This document shows positions 1 through 9,530 of a stretch of DNA of 64,000 nt, one piece after another. The translations under genes and the position numbers were made by a program. The notes beneath the pieces are model-generated. The model searched no databases and was not told the DNA's origin. It saw only the letters and a list, made by a program, of their open reading frames with translations. Numbering within the stretch: the first letter of the stretch is position 1; the number at the start of each line of letters is the position of its first letter. Location: sequence record DRR723986_9346, one strand, 5' to 3'.

Positions 1-54
1 TAGAGCATCTCCCTTTTAAGGAGAGGGTCCTGGGTTCGAGCCCCAGCCCGGTCA
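1..54 (+). tRNA. tRNA-Lys(UUU), 5'-truncated by window edge
   Basis: Anticodon arm TCTCC-CTTTTAA-GGAGA (anticodon TTT), T-arm CTGGG-TTCGAGC-CCCAG, acceptor 3' strand CCGGTC-A; CCA not encoded. Confidence 0.93.
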
Positions 55-55
55 C

Positions 56-89
56 AAAAAGTTAAGCGGTAATGCTTAACTTTTTTTTT
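56..89 (+). terminator. Intrinsic terminator-like hairpin after tRNA-Lys
   Basis: AAAAAGTTAAGC-ggtaat-GCTTAACTTTTT followed by a long T run. Confidence 0.8.
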
Positions 90-107
90 ACCTTTACTTA
101 TCTATTT

Positions 108-193
108 GCGCACGTGGCGGAATTGGTAGACGCGCTGGCTTGAGGGGCCAGTGACCGTTTTAGGTCGTGGAAGTTCGAGTCTTCTCGTGCGCA
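108..193 (+). tRNA. tRNA-Leu(GAG)
   Basis: Acceptor GCGCACG/CGTGCGC-A, D-loop GGAATTGGTAGAC, anticodon arm CTGGC-TTGAGGG-GCCAG, long variable arm, T-arm GGAAG-TTCGAGT-CTTCT. Confidence 0.95.
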
Positions 194-334
194 CAAAATC
201 TTATCATTTTATTCTTTTTTTATTGAATTAGCCGCTTTAAAAGTGGTTTTAATAACTTTTTTACTTAATTTTTGTTAATTCTATGCCGTGTATTGGTATA
301 AACCTTATTTTTGTTTGAACATTTTTATAAAAAA

Positions 335-1234
335 ATGAACAATATAAAAAATAGATTTAGTATCAAGGATTTAGAGAATCTAACTGGGATTAAAGCGCAT
401 ACAATACGTATATGGGAAAAACGCTACAATCTATTAAAGCCTAAAAGAACAGAGACTAACATTAGATATTATGATTTAGCAAGTTTTCAAAAGCTACTTA
501 ATGTAAGTTATTTAAATAACAACGGGTATAAGATTTCTAAAATCGCAACAATAGAAGAGCACAAAATTCCTTTATTAGTTAGAGATATTGCATCTCAAAA
601 TAACATTGAGCATCATGCTATCGACTCATTTAAACTCTCAATGCTCAATTTTGATCAGGCATTGTTTTACAACACCTATGAGTCGCTATTAAAAGAAAAA
701 GTATTTTACGAAATATTTTATGATATTTTCATCCCTCTTCTTACAGAGATAGGACTACTTTGGCAGACAGATACCATAACGCCTGCACATGAGCATTTTT
801 TAACGACTTTAATAAGACAAAAGATACTTATCAATACTGAAAAGATACAGTCTAATCAGGTTAATAAATCAAAAAAGACTTTTGTACTTTATTTACCAGA
901 TAATGAGATCCATGAGTTAGGTTTAATGTTTATTAATCATGAAATTGTAAGCAAAGGCTACCAGTCTATTTTCTTAGGGCAAAGCGTACCACTTTCAAGC
1001 TTAATTGATCTTCAGAATTACTATGACGAAATTATATATGTCTCTTATTTTACTGTAAAACCTGAAAAAGAAAATATTGGAAAATACATTGAGGATTTTA
1101 ATGAACAAATTCTTGTTTCTAATAATACAGAGTTTTGGATTTTAGGTCAGATGTTAAATGCTTTAGACCTTGAGAAACTGCCAAAACAGATGAGAGCTTT
1201 TAAATCTATTAAATCTTTAATAGACGAATTATAA
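335..1234 (+). CDS. MerR-family regulator with cobalamin-binding domain (CarH/LitR-like)
   Basis: N-terminal MerR HTH (FSIKDLENLTGIKAHTIRIWEKRY); W-x9-EH (WQTDTITPAHEH) and ExHxxG (EIHELG) motifs; directly upstream of crtI. ATG 335 preferred over TTG 311. Confidence 0.9.
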   Translation: MNNIKNRFSIKDLENLTGIKAHTIRIWEKRYNLLKPKRTETNIRYYDLASFQKLLNVSYLNNNGYKISKIATIEEHKIPLLVRDIASQNNIEHHAIDSFKLSMLNFDQALFYNTYESLLKEKVFYEIFYDIFIPLLTEIGLLWQTDTITPAHEHFLTTLIRQKILINTEKIQSNQVNKSKKTFVLYLPDNEIHELGLMFINHEIVSKGYQSIFLGQSVPLSSLIDLQNYYDEIIYVSYFTVKPEKENIGKYIEDFNEQILVSNNTEFWILGQMLNALDLEKLPKQMRAFKSIKSLIDEL

Positions 1235-1237
1235 CAT

Positions 1238-2698
1238 ATGAGTAAAACAATTTCAATAATTGGCTCTGGCTTTTCTGCTTTATCTGCCTCATGTTATCTA
1301 GCAAAGGCAGGTTATGATGTGTCTATCTACGAGAAAAACGCAACAGTTGGCGGGAGAGCAAGACAGCTCATTAAAGGCGGTTTTACTTTTGATATAGGAC
1401 CTAGTTGGTATTGGATGCCAGATATTTTTGAAAAGTTTTTTAATGATTTTGGTAAAAAAACAAGTGATTACTATCGATTAGATAAGTTAAGTCCGGCTTA
1501 TAAAATATTTTTTTCAGACGAAGTAATTACTATTGGTGATCATATGGATCAAATTTGTGAAGAATTTGAGCGAATTGAAGTTGGCAGTTCTAAACCACTG
1601 AGAAATTTTATTGCTCAAGCACAAGAGCATTACGATATTGCAATTAATAAGGTAGTTTTAAAACCAGGTCTATCACCTTTTGAATTGGTAACAAAAGAAA
1701 CGGTAACAAGAATAGATCGTTTTTTCAAAACCATAAGCTCAGAGGTCAGAAAGAATTTTAAAAATCCTAAACTTATTTCAACTTTAGAATTTCCGGTATT
1801 GTTTTTAGGTGCTAAACCAAATCAAACACCATCGTTTTATAGTTTTATGAATTTTGCCGATTTCGGATTAGGCACATGGCATCCGAAAGGCGGAATGTAT
1901 GAGATTATTAAAGCAATGAAAAGTCTTGCAGAGAGTTTAGGAGTTAAAATAAACACTCACAGTAACGTTGAAAAAATTAATGTTGCTAACGGTGTAACGA
2001 CAGGGATTAGAGTAAATGGTAATGATATATCTACCGATATAGTTCTTAGTGGTGCTGATTATCATCATTCTGAAACATTATTAGACCAGAAATACCGTCA
2101 GTATAGTGAAAACTATTGGGACAAAAGGACATTTGCTCCATCCTCTCTACTCTTTTATGTTGGCTTTGATAAAAAACTTAAAGGTATAGAGCATCATAAT
2201 TTATTCTTTGATACGGATTTTGAAAATCATGCAGAAGAAATATATGATGACCCCAAATGGCCCGAAAATCCATTATTTTATGTTAACTTCCCTTCAGTAA
2301 CAGATGCCAGCATGGCTCCTGAAGGCTGCGAAACTGGCTTTTTTCTCATTCCTATAGCACCAGGATTAGAAGATACACCAGAGCTAAGAAAACAATATTT
2401 TGACATCATAATAAATAGGTTTGAAAGCATTACTAATCAGAAAGTAACTAATAATGTTTTGTTTAATGAATCGTTTTGTGTAAATGATTTTATCAGTGAA
2501 TACAACTCATATAAGGGCAATGCTTATGGCATGGCTAACACATTAAGACAAACAGCGTTCTTAAGACCTAATTTAAAAAGTAAGAAAGTAGATAATCTAT
2601 TTTTTACAGGTCAATTAACAGTACCAGGACCAGGTGTACCACCATCACTTATATCAGGAAAATTAGTTTCTGAATTAATTGAGAAAAAATTAAACTAA
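1238..2698 (+). CDS. crtI: Phytoene desaturase
   Basis: FAD motif IIGSGFSAL, FTFDIGPSWYWMPD, C-terminal GQLTVPGPGVPPSLISG; adjacent to crtB. Confidence 0.93.
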   Translation: MSKTISIIGSGFSALSASCYLAKAGYDVSIYEKNATVGGRARQLIKGGFTFDIGPSWYWMPDIFEKFFNDFGKKTSDYYRLDKLSPAYKIFFSDEVITIGDHMDQICEEFERIEVGSSKPLRNFIAQAQEHYDIAINKVVLKPGLSPFELVTKETVTRIDRFFKTISSEVRKNFKNPKLISTLEFPVLFLGAKPNQTPSFYSFMNFADFGLGTWHPKGGMYEIIKAMKSLAESLGVKINTHSNVEKINVANGVTTGIRVNGNDISTDIVLSGADYHHSETLLDQKYRQYSENYWDKRTFAPSSLLFYVGFDKKLKGIEHHNLFFDTDFENHAEEIYDDPKWPENPLFYVNFPSVTDASMAPEGCETGFFLIPIAPGLEDTPELRKQYFDIIINRFESITNQKVTNNVLFNESFCVNDFISEYNSYKGNAYGMANTLRQTAFLRPNLKSKKVDNLFFTGQLTVPGPGVPPSLISGKLVSELIEKKLN

Positions 2699-2744
2699 CC
2701 ATTAAAACTAGAATTTTAAACATTCTTAAATAAAATATTTACCT

Positions 2745-3584
2745 ATGAAATCAATTTTTGACACCGTTTCTAAAGAATGTAGTAAAATGGTTACCAATGC
2801 TTACAGTACCTCTTTTTCAATGGCAACAAAAATGTTATCTGATAGCATAAGACAAGATATCTATAACATCTATGGTTTTGTAAGATTTGCTGATGAAATT
2901 GTAGATACCTTCCATGAATACAACAAAGAAAAATTATTTAAAAATTTTGAAGTTGACTTAGAAAATGCACTGACAGATAAAATTAGTCTTAACCCAATAT
3001 TAAATTCATTTCAAGAAACTTATCACAAGTATAACATTGACAAGCATTTGGTTAAAGCTTTTATGAATAGCATGCGATTAGATCTTCATAAAAAAGACTA
3101 TCTCACAGAACAAGAGTACAAGGATTATATTTATGGTTCTGCTGATGTAGTTGGTCTTATGTGCTTAAGGGTTTTTGTAAAGGGAGATAATGAAAAATAT
3201 GAAGATTTAAAAGATTCTGCTATGAGCCTAGGGTCTGCTTTTCAGAAGGTTAATTTCTTAAGAGATCTCAAAGCTGATTTTGAAGATTTAAGTAGAACTT
3301 ATTTTCCTAACACAGATTTAAATCAATTAGATGAAGCATCTAAGCAATCTATAATAACTGATATTGAAAATGATTTTGCGAAAGGTCTAGTGGGTATTAA
3401 GAAGTTACCATTAGAAGCGCGTTTTGGTGTTTTTATGGCCTATAGATACTATAATAAGTTACTTCAAAAATTAAAGAAAACGCCTGCATTAGAAATTAAA
3501 TCTGCAAGAATTAGAGTTCCAAACTATAAAAAAGTCGAGCTTCTTACTAGAAGTTATGTGAAATATCAATTAAATTTGTTATAA
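2745..3584 (+). CDS. crtB: Phytoene synthase
   Basis: YSTSF, RFADEIVD, YGSADVVGLM, QKVNFLRD isoprenoid synthase motifs. Confidence 0.95.
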   Translation: MKSIFDTVSKECSKMVTNAYSTSFSMATKMLSDSIRQDIYNIYGFVRFADEIVDTFHEYNKEKLFKNFEVDLENALTDKISLNPILNSFQETYHKYNIDKHLVKAFMNSMRLDLHKKDYLTEQEYKDYIYGSADVVGLMCLRVFVKGDNEKYEDLKDSAMSLGSAFQKVNFLRDLKADFEDLSRTYFPNTDLNQLDEASKQSIITDIENDFAKGLVGIKKLPLEARFGVFMAYRYYNKLLQKLKKTPALEIKSARIRVPNYKKVELLTRSYVKYQLNLL

Positions 3585-3600
3585 ACAAAGAACTACCGAA

Positions 3601-4047
3601 ATGCAGACTGTTTATTGGATATTAATTTTCTTTGGCACTTTCTTTATCATGGAATTTAATGCTTGGTTTACCCACAAGTATATCATGCACGGATTTTTAT
3701 GGAGTTTACATAAAGACCATCACCATAAAGACCATGATAGTTGGTTTGAGCGTAATGATACTTTCTTTATTTTCTATGCTGTAGTAAGTATGTCATGCTT
3801 TTATTTATCTAGCGCAGAGGGTATATGGTATGCTTTACCAATAGGTTTTGGGATATTAGCTTATGGTATTGCTTATTTTATAGTGCATGATATTTTTATA
3901 CACCAACGTTTTAAATGGCTTAGAAATATTGATAATAAATATGCACGTGGTGTGAGACGCGCACACAAAATTCATCATAAACATTTAGGTAAGCACAAAG
4001 GTGAAAACTTTGGAATGCTCATCGTACCATCGAAGTATTTTAAATAG
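3601..4047 (+). CDS. crtZ: Beta-carotene hydroxylase
   Basis: His boxes HKYIMHG, HKDHH, HDIFIHQR, HKIHH; FERND motif; in crt operon. Confidence 0.93.
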   Translation: MQTVYWILIFFGTFFIMEFNAWFTHKYIMHGFLWSLHKDHHHKDHDSWFERNDTFFIFYAVVSMSCFYLSSAEGIWYALPIGFGILAYGIAYFIVHDIFIHQRFKWLRNIDNKYARGVRRAHKIHHKHLGKHKGENFGMLIVPSKYFK

Positions 4048-4049
4048 TA

Positions 4050-4613
4050 CTACTGGGCTAACAATTCATCGAGTTGTTTCCTCACTTTGTTACTATTCCA
4101 ATCTACCGCACCAGACTCGTCTATTACAATTTCACCCATTTTATTAATTACAAATGTTCTGGGAATAGAACTTGTTTCTAGTTCTACCGGAATATTTCTG
4201 TTGGGTCTGTATACGTTGAAACTAAAATTACGTTTTTCTTTAAAGGCTTTAACAGTTTCAAAATCATCAGAAGTCGCAAAAATAAAAATCACTTTGTCAT
4301 TATAATCATCGTATAAGGCTTGAAGACTTGGCATTTCAGCAATACATGGCGGGCACCATGTAGCCCAGAAATTTACAAATACCACTTTACCACGTGTATC
4401 TTTGAAATTAATAATGGTATCAGTGTCGGATTTTAAAAACCAATCTTTATAGGTGATATTCGTTCTTTTATTTCCATCAATTAAAGTGGATTGATTAATA
4501 AGGCTTAATCCTTTATGCAAAATAACTTGCAGAGACTGTCTTGTTTGCGGAATAATCAGTAAAATAATGATTACCACAATTATTAAATTCTGCAGATTAA
4601 TTTTTTTTCTCAT
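4050..4613 (-). CDS. TlpA/ResA-like thiol:disulfide oxidoreductase
   Basis: VNFWATWCPPCIAEMP; N-terminal membrane anchor. Confidence 0.9.
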   Translation of the reverse strand: MRKKINLQNLIIVVIIILLIIPQTRQSLQVILHKGLSLINQSTLIDGNKRTNITYKDWFLKSDTDTIINFKDTRGKVVFVNFWATWCPPCIAEMPSLQALYDDYNDKVIFIFATSDDFETVKAFKEKRNFSFNVYRPNRNIPVELETSSIPRTFVINKMGEIVIDESGAVDWNSNKVRKQLDELLAQ

Positions 4614-4643
4614 AACACAAAAATAATAGACCTTTTTAAGAAT

Positions 4644-4679
4644 AAAAAAACTCTTAGCATATAGGTACTAAGAGTTTTT
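4644..4679 (-). terminator. Intrinsic terminator of aconitase
   Basis: AAAAACTCTTAG...CTAAGAGTTTTT inverted repeat, with a T run on the minus strand. Confidence 0.8.
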
Positions 4680-4700
4680 AACTATTTAATAGAATTGAAA

Positions 4701-6968
4701 TTAAGCGTTCTGTTTCTTGATTAAGTTAAGTGCAGAACCTTCTTTATACCATTCAATTTGTGAATCGTTATATGTATGATTTACTTCAATAGTATCTTTA
4801 CTACCATCAGCATGTACCACTTCAATATGTAAAGGTTTACCTGGAGCAAATTCATTTAAATCTAAGAAGTTAAATGTATCATCTTCTTGAATTAAATCAT
4901 AATCTGCTTCATTTGCAAAAGTCAATCCTAACATACCCTGTTTTTTAAGGTTTGTTTCGTGAATACGAGCAAATGACTTTACAATAACAGCTGCAACACC
5001 TAAATGTCTTGGTTGCATTGCTGCATGCTCTCTAGATGATCCCTCACCATAGTTATGATCACCTACTACTACAGACCAAATTCCATTTTTTTTGTACTCT
5101 CGCTGTGTATCTGGCACACCACCATACTCGCCTGTCAATTGATTTTTAACAAAGTTGGTTTTCTTATTAAAAGCATTAACAGCACCAATTAAAGTGTTAT
5201 TTGCAATATTATCTAAGTGACCTCTAAATCGTAACCAAGGACCTGCCATAGAAATATGATCTGTGGTACATTTACCAAATGCTTTAATTAATAATTTAGC
5301 ACCAGTAATAGAGTCTCCAATTGGTGTAAACGGATCTAATAACTGTAATCGCTCAGAAGTTGGATTAACTGTGATTTGCACACCACTACCATCTTTCATT
5401 GGCTCTAAGTAACCATTTTCTTTTACATCAAATCCTTTTGGTGGCAACTCCCATCCTGTCGGCTCATCTAACATTACCTCTTCCCCATTTTCATTGATTA
5501 ATGTATCAGTCATAGGGTTAAAGTCCAATCTACCCGCTATAGCAATTGCTGCTGTAATTTCTGGTGAAGCTACAAAAGCATGTGTATTTGGATTACCATC
5601 AGCACGTTTTGCAAAGTTTCTATTGAATGAATGAACTATACTGTTCTTAGGTGCATTTTTAGGATCGCTATATCTTGCCCACTGACCAATACATGGTCCA
5701 CACGCATTTGTAAATATTTTAGCATCTAATTTTTCAAAAACATCTAAAATACCATCACGCTCTGCAGTGTATCTCACTTGTTCTGAGCCTGGATTAATAC
5801 CAAATTCAGCTTTTGTTTTCAATCCTTTATCTAAAGCTTGTTGCGCTATAGAGGAGGCTCTGGATAAATCTTCGTAAGACGAGTTTGTACAAGATCCAAT
5901 AAGTCCCCATTCTACTTGCATTGGCCATTCATTTTCCTTTGCTTTTTTAGTCATTTCCTTACCAACAGTCGTTGATAAATCTGGTGTGAATGGTCCATTT
6001 AATAATGGTCCTAATTCTGAAAGATTAATATCTATAACTTGATCAAAATACTGCTCAGGATCATCATATACCTCAGCATCTGCAGTTAAGTAGTCCTTAA
6101 TTTTATTCGCTTCATCAGCCACATCTGATCTATCTGTTGCTCTTAAGTAACGTTCCATAGAATCGTCATAACCAAAAGTAGATGTTGTTGCACCTATTTC
6201 TGCTCCCATATTACAGATAGTACCTTTTCCTGTACAAGACATTGACAAAGCACCTGGACCAAAATATTCTACGATTGCTCCTGTTCCACCTTTTACAGTT
6301 AGAATTTCTGCAACTTTAAGTATTACGTCTTTTGGTGCTGTCCAACCAGATAACTTACCTGTTAATCTAACACCAATTAATTTTGGAAACTTTAATTCCC
6401 AAGCCATACCAGCCATTACATCAACAGCATCAGCACCACCAACACCTATAGCAACCATACCTAATCCACCAGCATTTACTGTATGCGAATCCGTACCAAT
6501 CATCATACCACCTGGGAACGCATAATTTTCTAAGACAACCTGATGAATAATACCTGCACCTGGTTTCCAAAATCCAATGCCATATTTGTTAGATACAGAT
6601 TCTAAAAAATTGAATACCTCACTACTTGTATTATTGGCATGTTTTAAATCTGTCGCTGCACCATCTTTTGCTTGTATTAAGTGATCACAATGTACAGTTG
6701 TAGGCACAGCCACTTTAGGCTTACCTGCTTGCATAAATTGCAATAATGCCATTTGTGCAGTTGCATCCTGGCAAGCTACACGGTCTGGTGCGAAATCTAC
6801 ATAATCCTTTCCTCGCGTGAAAGCTTTGGTAGGTTTACCCTCCCATAAATGAGAATATAAAATCTTTTCTGAAAGTGTTAATGGTTTACCAACAATTCCT
6901 CTGGCCGCATCTACACGCTCCGTCATGTTAGCATAAACCTTTTTAATCATATTAATGTCAAATGCCAT
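4701..6968 (-). CDS. acn: Aconitate hydratase (mitochondrial-type)
   Basis: [20 protein letters not shown], Fe-S ligands GSCTNSS and [25 protein letters not shown]. Confidence 0.96.
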   Translation of the reverse strand: MAFDINMIKKVYANMTERVDAARGIVGKPLTLSEKILYSHLWEGKPTKAFTRGKDYVDFAPDRVACQDATAQMALLQFMQAGKPKVAVPTTVHCDHLIQAKDGAATDLKHANNTSSEVFNFLESVSNKYGIGFWKPGAGIIHQVVLENYAFPGGMMIGTDSHTVNAGGLGMVAIGVGGADAVDVMAGMAWELKFPKLIGVRLTGKLSGWTAPKDVILKVAEILTVKGGTGAIVEYFGPGALSMSCTGKGTICNMGAEIGATTSTFGYDDSMERYLRATDRSDVADEANKIKDYLTADAEVYDDPEQYFDQVIDINLSELGPLLNGPFTPDLSTTVGKEMTKKAKENEWPMQVEWGLIGSCTNSSYEDLSRASSIAQQALDKGLKTKAEFGINPGSEQVRYTAERDGILDVFEKLDAKIFTNACGPCIGQWARYSDPKNAPKNSIVHSFNRNFAKRADGNPNTHAFVASPEITAAIAIAGRLDFNPMTDTLINENGEEVMLDEPTGWELPPKGFDVKENGYLEPMKDGSGVQITVNPTSERLQLLDPFTPIGDSITGAKLLIKAFGKCTTDHISMAGPWLRFRGHLDNIANNTLIGAVNAFNKKTNFVKNQLTGEYGGVPDTQREYKKNGIWSVVVGDHNYGEGSSREHAAMQPRHLGVAAVIVKSFARIHETNLKKQGMLGLTFANEADYDLIQEDDTFNFLDLNEFAPGKPLHIEVVHADGSKDTIEVNHTYNDSQIEWYKEGSALNLIKKQNA

Positions 6969-7008
6969 ATAGTATATTTAAAGGTTGATAATTAATTTTT
7001 AAGAAGCA

Positions 7009-7016
7009 CAAAAATA
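7009..7016 (-). promoter_or_regulatory. Bacteroidota -7 promoter element of acn
   Basis: TATTTTTG (TAnnTTTG) on the minus strand, 40 nt upstream of the ATG. Confidence 0.6.
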
Positions 7017-7156
7017 CAAATTTCAATGCGTTTTTAAAAATATGTAATGAAATTGGATTTTCTTTGAATATAAATCATGATTTGATTTATTTTTTATTAA
7101 TATTTTCAATTATTAACAACAAAAAAGCTATTAAATCAATAAATTAACAAATTGAC

Positions 7157-7179
7157 TTATTTAGAATAATTATGAATTT
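7157..7179. promoter_or_regulatory. Fur-like box upstream of acn
   Basis: TTATTTAGAATAATTATGAATTT matches inverted repeat TTATTTAGAAT-N-ATTCTAAATAA at 18/22, the same motif seen twice at the TBDR promoter (21729, 21801). Confidence 0.5.
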
Positions 7180-7218
7180 TTAAAATTCGTGTGGTATATT
7201 AAAAATCTAATTACTTAA

Positions 7219-8358
7219 TTATTCAAAATACTTGTTCATCTTATGGTGGTTTCTAATTTTCATTAATGGCAATTCAAACCAACGATTTATGAGATATCCT
7301 ATTAATATTAAACTACTCAAGTAAACCAAACCATAAATAAAAAGTTCAAACTTTGGTAATCTTTCTAAGGGTATAAAATGGGTAAGCAACCCAATTACTA
7401 TTGAGTAATGTATGATATAAATTACATATGCTATTGAACTCATAATTCTTACTGGTTTCATAAATACTGCATTTACTATTCTCCACTGACTTAAAAATGG
7501 CAGTATTAATACTATTGCAACGGATATTAATGGAAGATACCAAACATTCCAGTAAAGTGTATGTGTTTCAATTAACCAATACTGATTAGGTATATAAACA
7601 AACAATATGAAGAATAATGACAGACCAATAAATAATGAATATGGATTTATAATTTTCCAAAAATTTGGATGAACTATTGAAATATATGCCGCTAAAACAC
7701 CATAATAAACAGCATCTATTCTATAAATGACCACATTTTTTAAATTAGAACTCCAAGATATCATAGTATTAACCTCATCTAAAGACGAGTAAATCCATTT
7801 AGTTGATATACCCAATACTATTACAGCTAATGTAACCACAAAAAAGAGTTTCGGCTTATTTTGTTTTGGTTTTAGCGATACTAATAAGTATAGAAATAAT
7901 GGCCCTATTAAAGCAGTAAATTCACCAATTGAAACACTCCAAGATTCATAAAAGAATGTTGCATTAATAGGTGATGAAAAATTTTGAAGAAAAAAGGCAT
8001 ATTTCCATAAATCTGGAGGTATTTCCAAGCCTATATATAAGGTTAAAACAATATTAATTAATAATACCAAATAGTAAATTGGAAGTACTCTAAACCACCT
8101 TCTAATCCAGAATTTTGATAATAATTTGAAGTTAAAATCTTCTTTTATTACAAAATAAAAAAACTTTCTACCTAATAGAAAACCACTCAAAACAAAAAAT
8201 ATCTCTACTCCTATAACATTAGAAATACTCATTAATTGAGTAATCAATCCTTGAGCATTAGGTATTAAAAAAAATAAACTTGAGAATACAACTAAAAGAA
8301 TAGCAATAGCCCGCAAAAGGTCTAATCCAAAAACATATTTTGAGCTATTATCTTGCAT
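7219..8358 (-). CDS. Acyltransferase-3 (OafA/OatA-like) integral membrane O-acyltransferase
   Basis: GLDLLRAIAILLV, GVEIFFVLSGFL, RRWFRVLP, ESWSVSIGE, FELP; about 10 TM segments. Confidence 0.88.
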   Translation of the reverse strand: MQDNSSKYVFGLDLLRAIAILLVVFSSLFFLIPNAQGLITQLMSISNVIGVEIFFVLSGFLLGRKFFYFVIKEDFNFKLLSKFWIRRWFRVLPIYYLVLLINIVLTLYIGLEIPPDLWKYAFFLQNFSSPINATFFYESWSVSIGEFTALIGPLFLYLLVSLKPKQNKPKLFFVVTLAVIVLGISTKWIYSSLDEVNTMISWSSNLKNVVIYRIDAVYYGVLAAYISIVHPNFWKIINPYSLFIGLSLFFILFVYIPNQYWLIETHTLYWNVWYLPLISVAIVLILPFLSQWRIVNAVFMKPVRIMSSIAYVIYIIHYSIVIGLLTHFIPLERLPKFELFIYGLVYLSSLILIGYLINRWFELPLMKIRNHHKMNKYFE

Positions 8359-8381
8359 AAAAAAATTAGTACTTTTAATGT

Positions 8382-9530
8382 GTGAAGTCTAAAGTACTAA
8401 AATATTCAATTCTATTTATCTTGGTTGCCATATGCTTTTGTGGTATATACTACTTAAACCTCTCACCTAGACATAAGGCCATTATAAAAACAAACATAAA
8501 TCACACATTTGGTTTTGTAGATAACACATGGGAATTATCACAGAATGATAACTCAATTGCAATAGTAACACCGACACTTGTTATAGATCAGATTTATAAA
8601 TCTATGGAAGGCCCAAAAGCAACAAGGTCCTTCAGTATTAATTCAAATAGTGATGACTTATTTTGGATCACTTCTTTTGAAACAAAAGCTATTAGTACAA
8701 ATGAAGTTGATATACTATCTAATGATTATGTTTGTCATACCAATATAGATTTTTACGACGGAGAGCACTACTCGCATTGGGGTTTAACAGATAGAATAGG
8801 TAAACAGTACCCACGACTAACCTCAATGAGTAATGGTATAGAAAGTTATGAGTTTCCTAAAGGATTTGGTTTTCCCGTCTTTGGAAATGAAAATCTATTT
8901 TTGTCTACACAAACACTAAATCATAATATAACTTCTGAATCATTTTCAGTAAAACATAAGGTCTCTTTAAGATTTGAAAAACATTCCAAAGAAATGAAAC
9001 CATTGGTAAGTAAAACGGTGTTTATTATGTTACCGTATGATGCTAATAATCCATTTAAAGGTCCTACAGAAAATAATCCAAATATGTGCTTACCAGTAGA
9101 AACCGGAAATCATAGCTACTTAAATGAAAATGGTGAAAGTCTTTCTGGTCATTGGGTAATATTTCCAGGTAAGGAAACTTACAAATACGACATTACCCAC
9201 CAGTTACAGCTAAAGGACAGTACAACAATGCATCATATTGCCACACATTTACATCCGTTTGCAGAAGCTTTAATATTAAAAGACAAAACAACTGGTGATG
9301 TTTTATTTACTGCAGAGGCGATAAATCATAAAGATAAAATTGGTTTAGACAAAGTTGCTATATTTTCTAGTAGAAAAGGTAAAATGTTATTTCCCGATCA
9401 CAACTATGAATTAATTTTAGAAACAAACAACACTTCTACAACTAATCAAGATATGATGGCAAGTATGTTTATCTTTCTATATGATAAACAAATGGCAGAG
9501 AAACTTAGTACTTATAAACAGCCTGAGTAA
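8382..9530 (+). CDS. Membrane-anchored protein resembling copper type II (PHM/DBH-like) monooxygenase
   Basis: GTG start, N-terminal TM; FPKGFGFPV resembles PHM LPKGVGFRV; H289-x-H291 plus D-M358-M359 resembles the CuM site; coupled to SCO gene. Confidence 0.6.
   Translation: MKSKVLKYSILFILVAICFCGIYYLNLSPRHKAIIKTNINHTFGFVDNTWELSQNDNSIAIVTPTLVIDQIYKSMEGPKATRSFSINSNSDDLFWITSFETKAISTNEVDILSNDYVCHTNIDFYDGEHYSHWGLTDRIGKQYPRLTSMSNGIESYEFPKGFGFPVFGNENLFLSTQTLNHNITSESFSVKHKVSLRFEKHSKEMKPLVSKTVFIMLPYDANNPFKGPTENNPNMCLPVETGNHSYLNENGESLSGHWVIFPGKETYKYDITHQLQLKDSTTMHHIATHLHPFAEALILKDKTTGDVLFTAEAINHKDKIGLDKVAIFSSRKGKMLFPDHNYELILETNNTSTTNQDMMASMFIFLYDKQMAEKLSTYKQPE

Noticed and set aside
108-334. tRNA-Leu 3' end as integration site for the carotenoid cluster
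   Set aside because: No integrase, no repeat of the tRNA 3' end noticed downstream, and flanking genes look native
194-334. CarH-type 11-bp direct-repeat operator upstream of the MerR gene (also looked at 2699-2744 and 19483-19546)
   Set aside because: TnnACA-like hexamers are present but not on a clean 11-bp period; cannot be supported by eye
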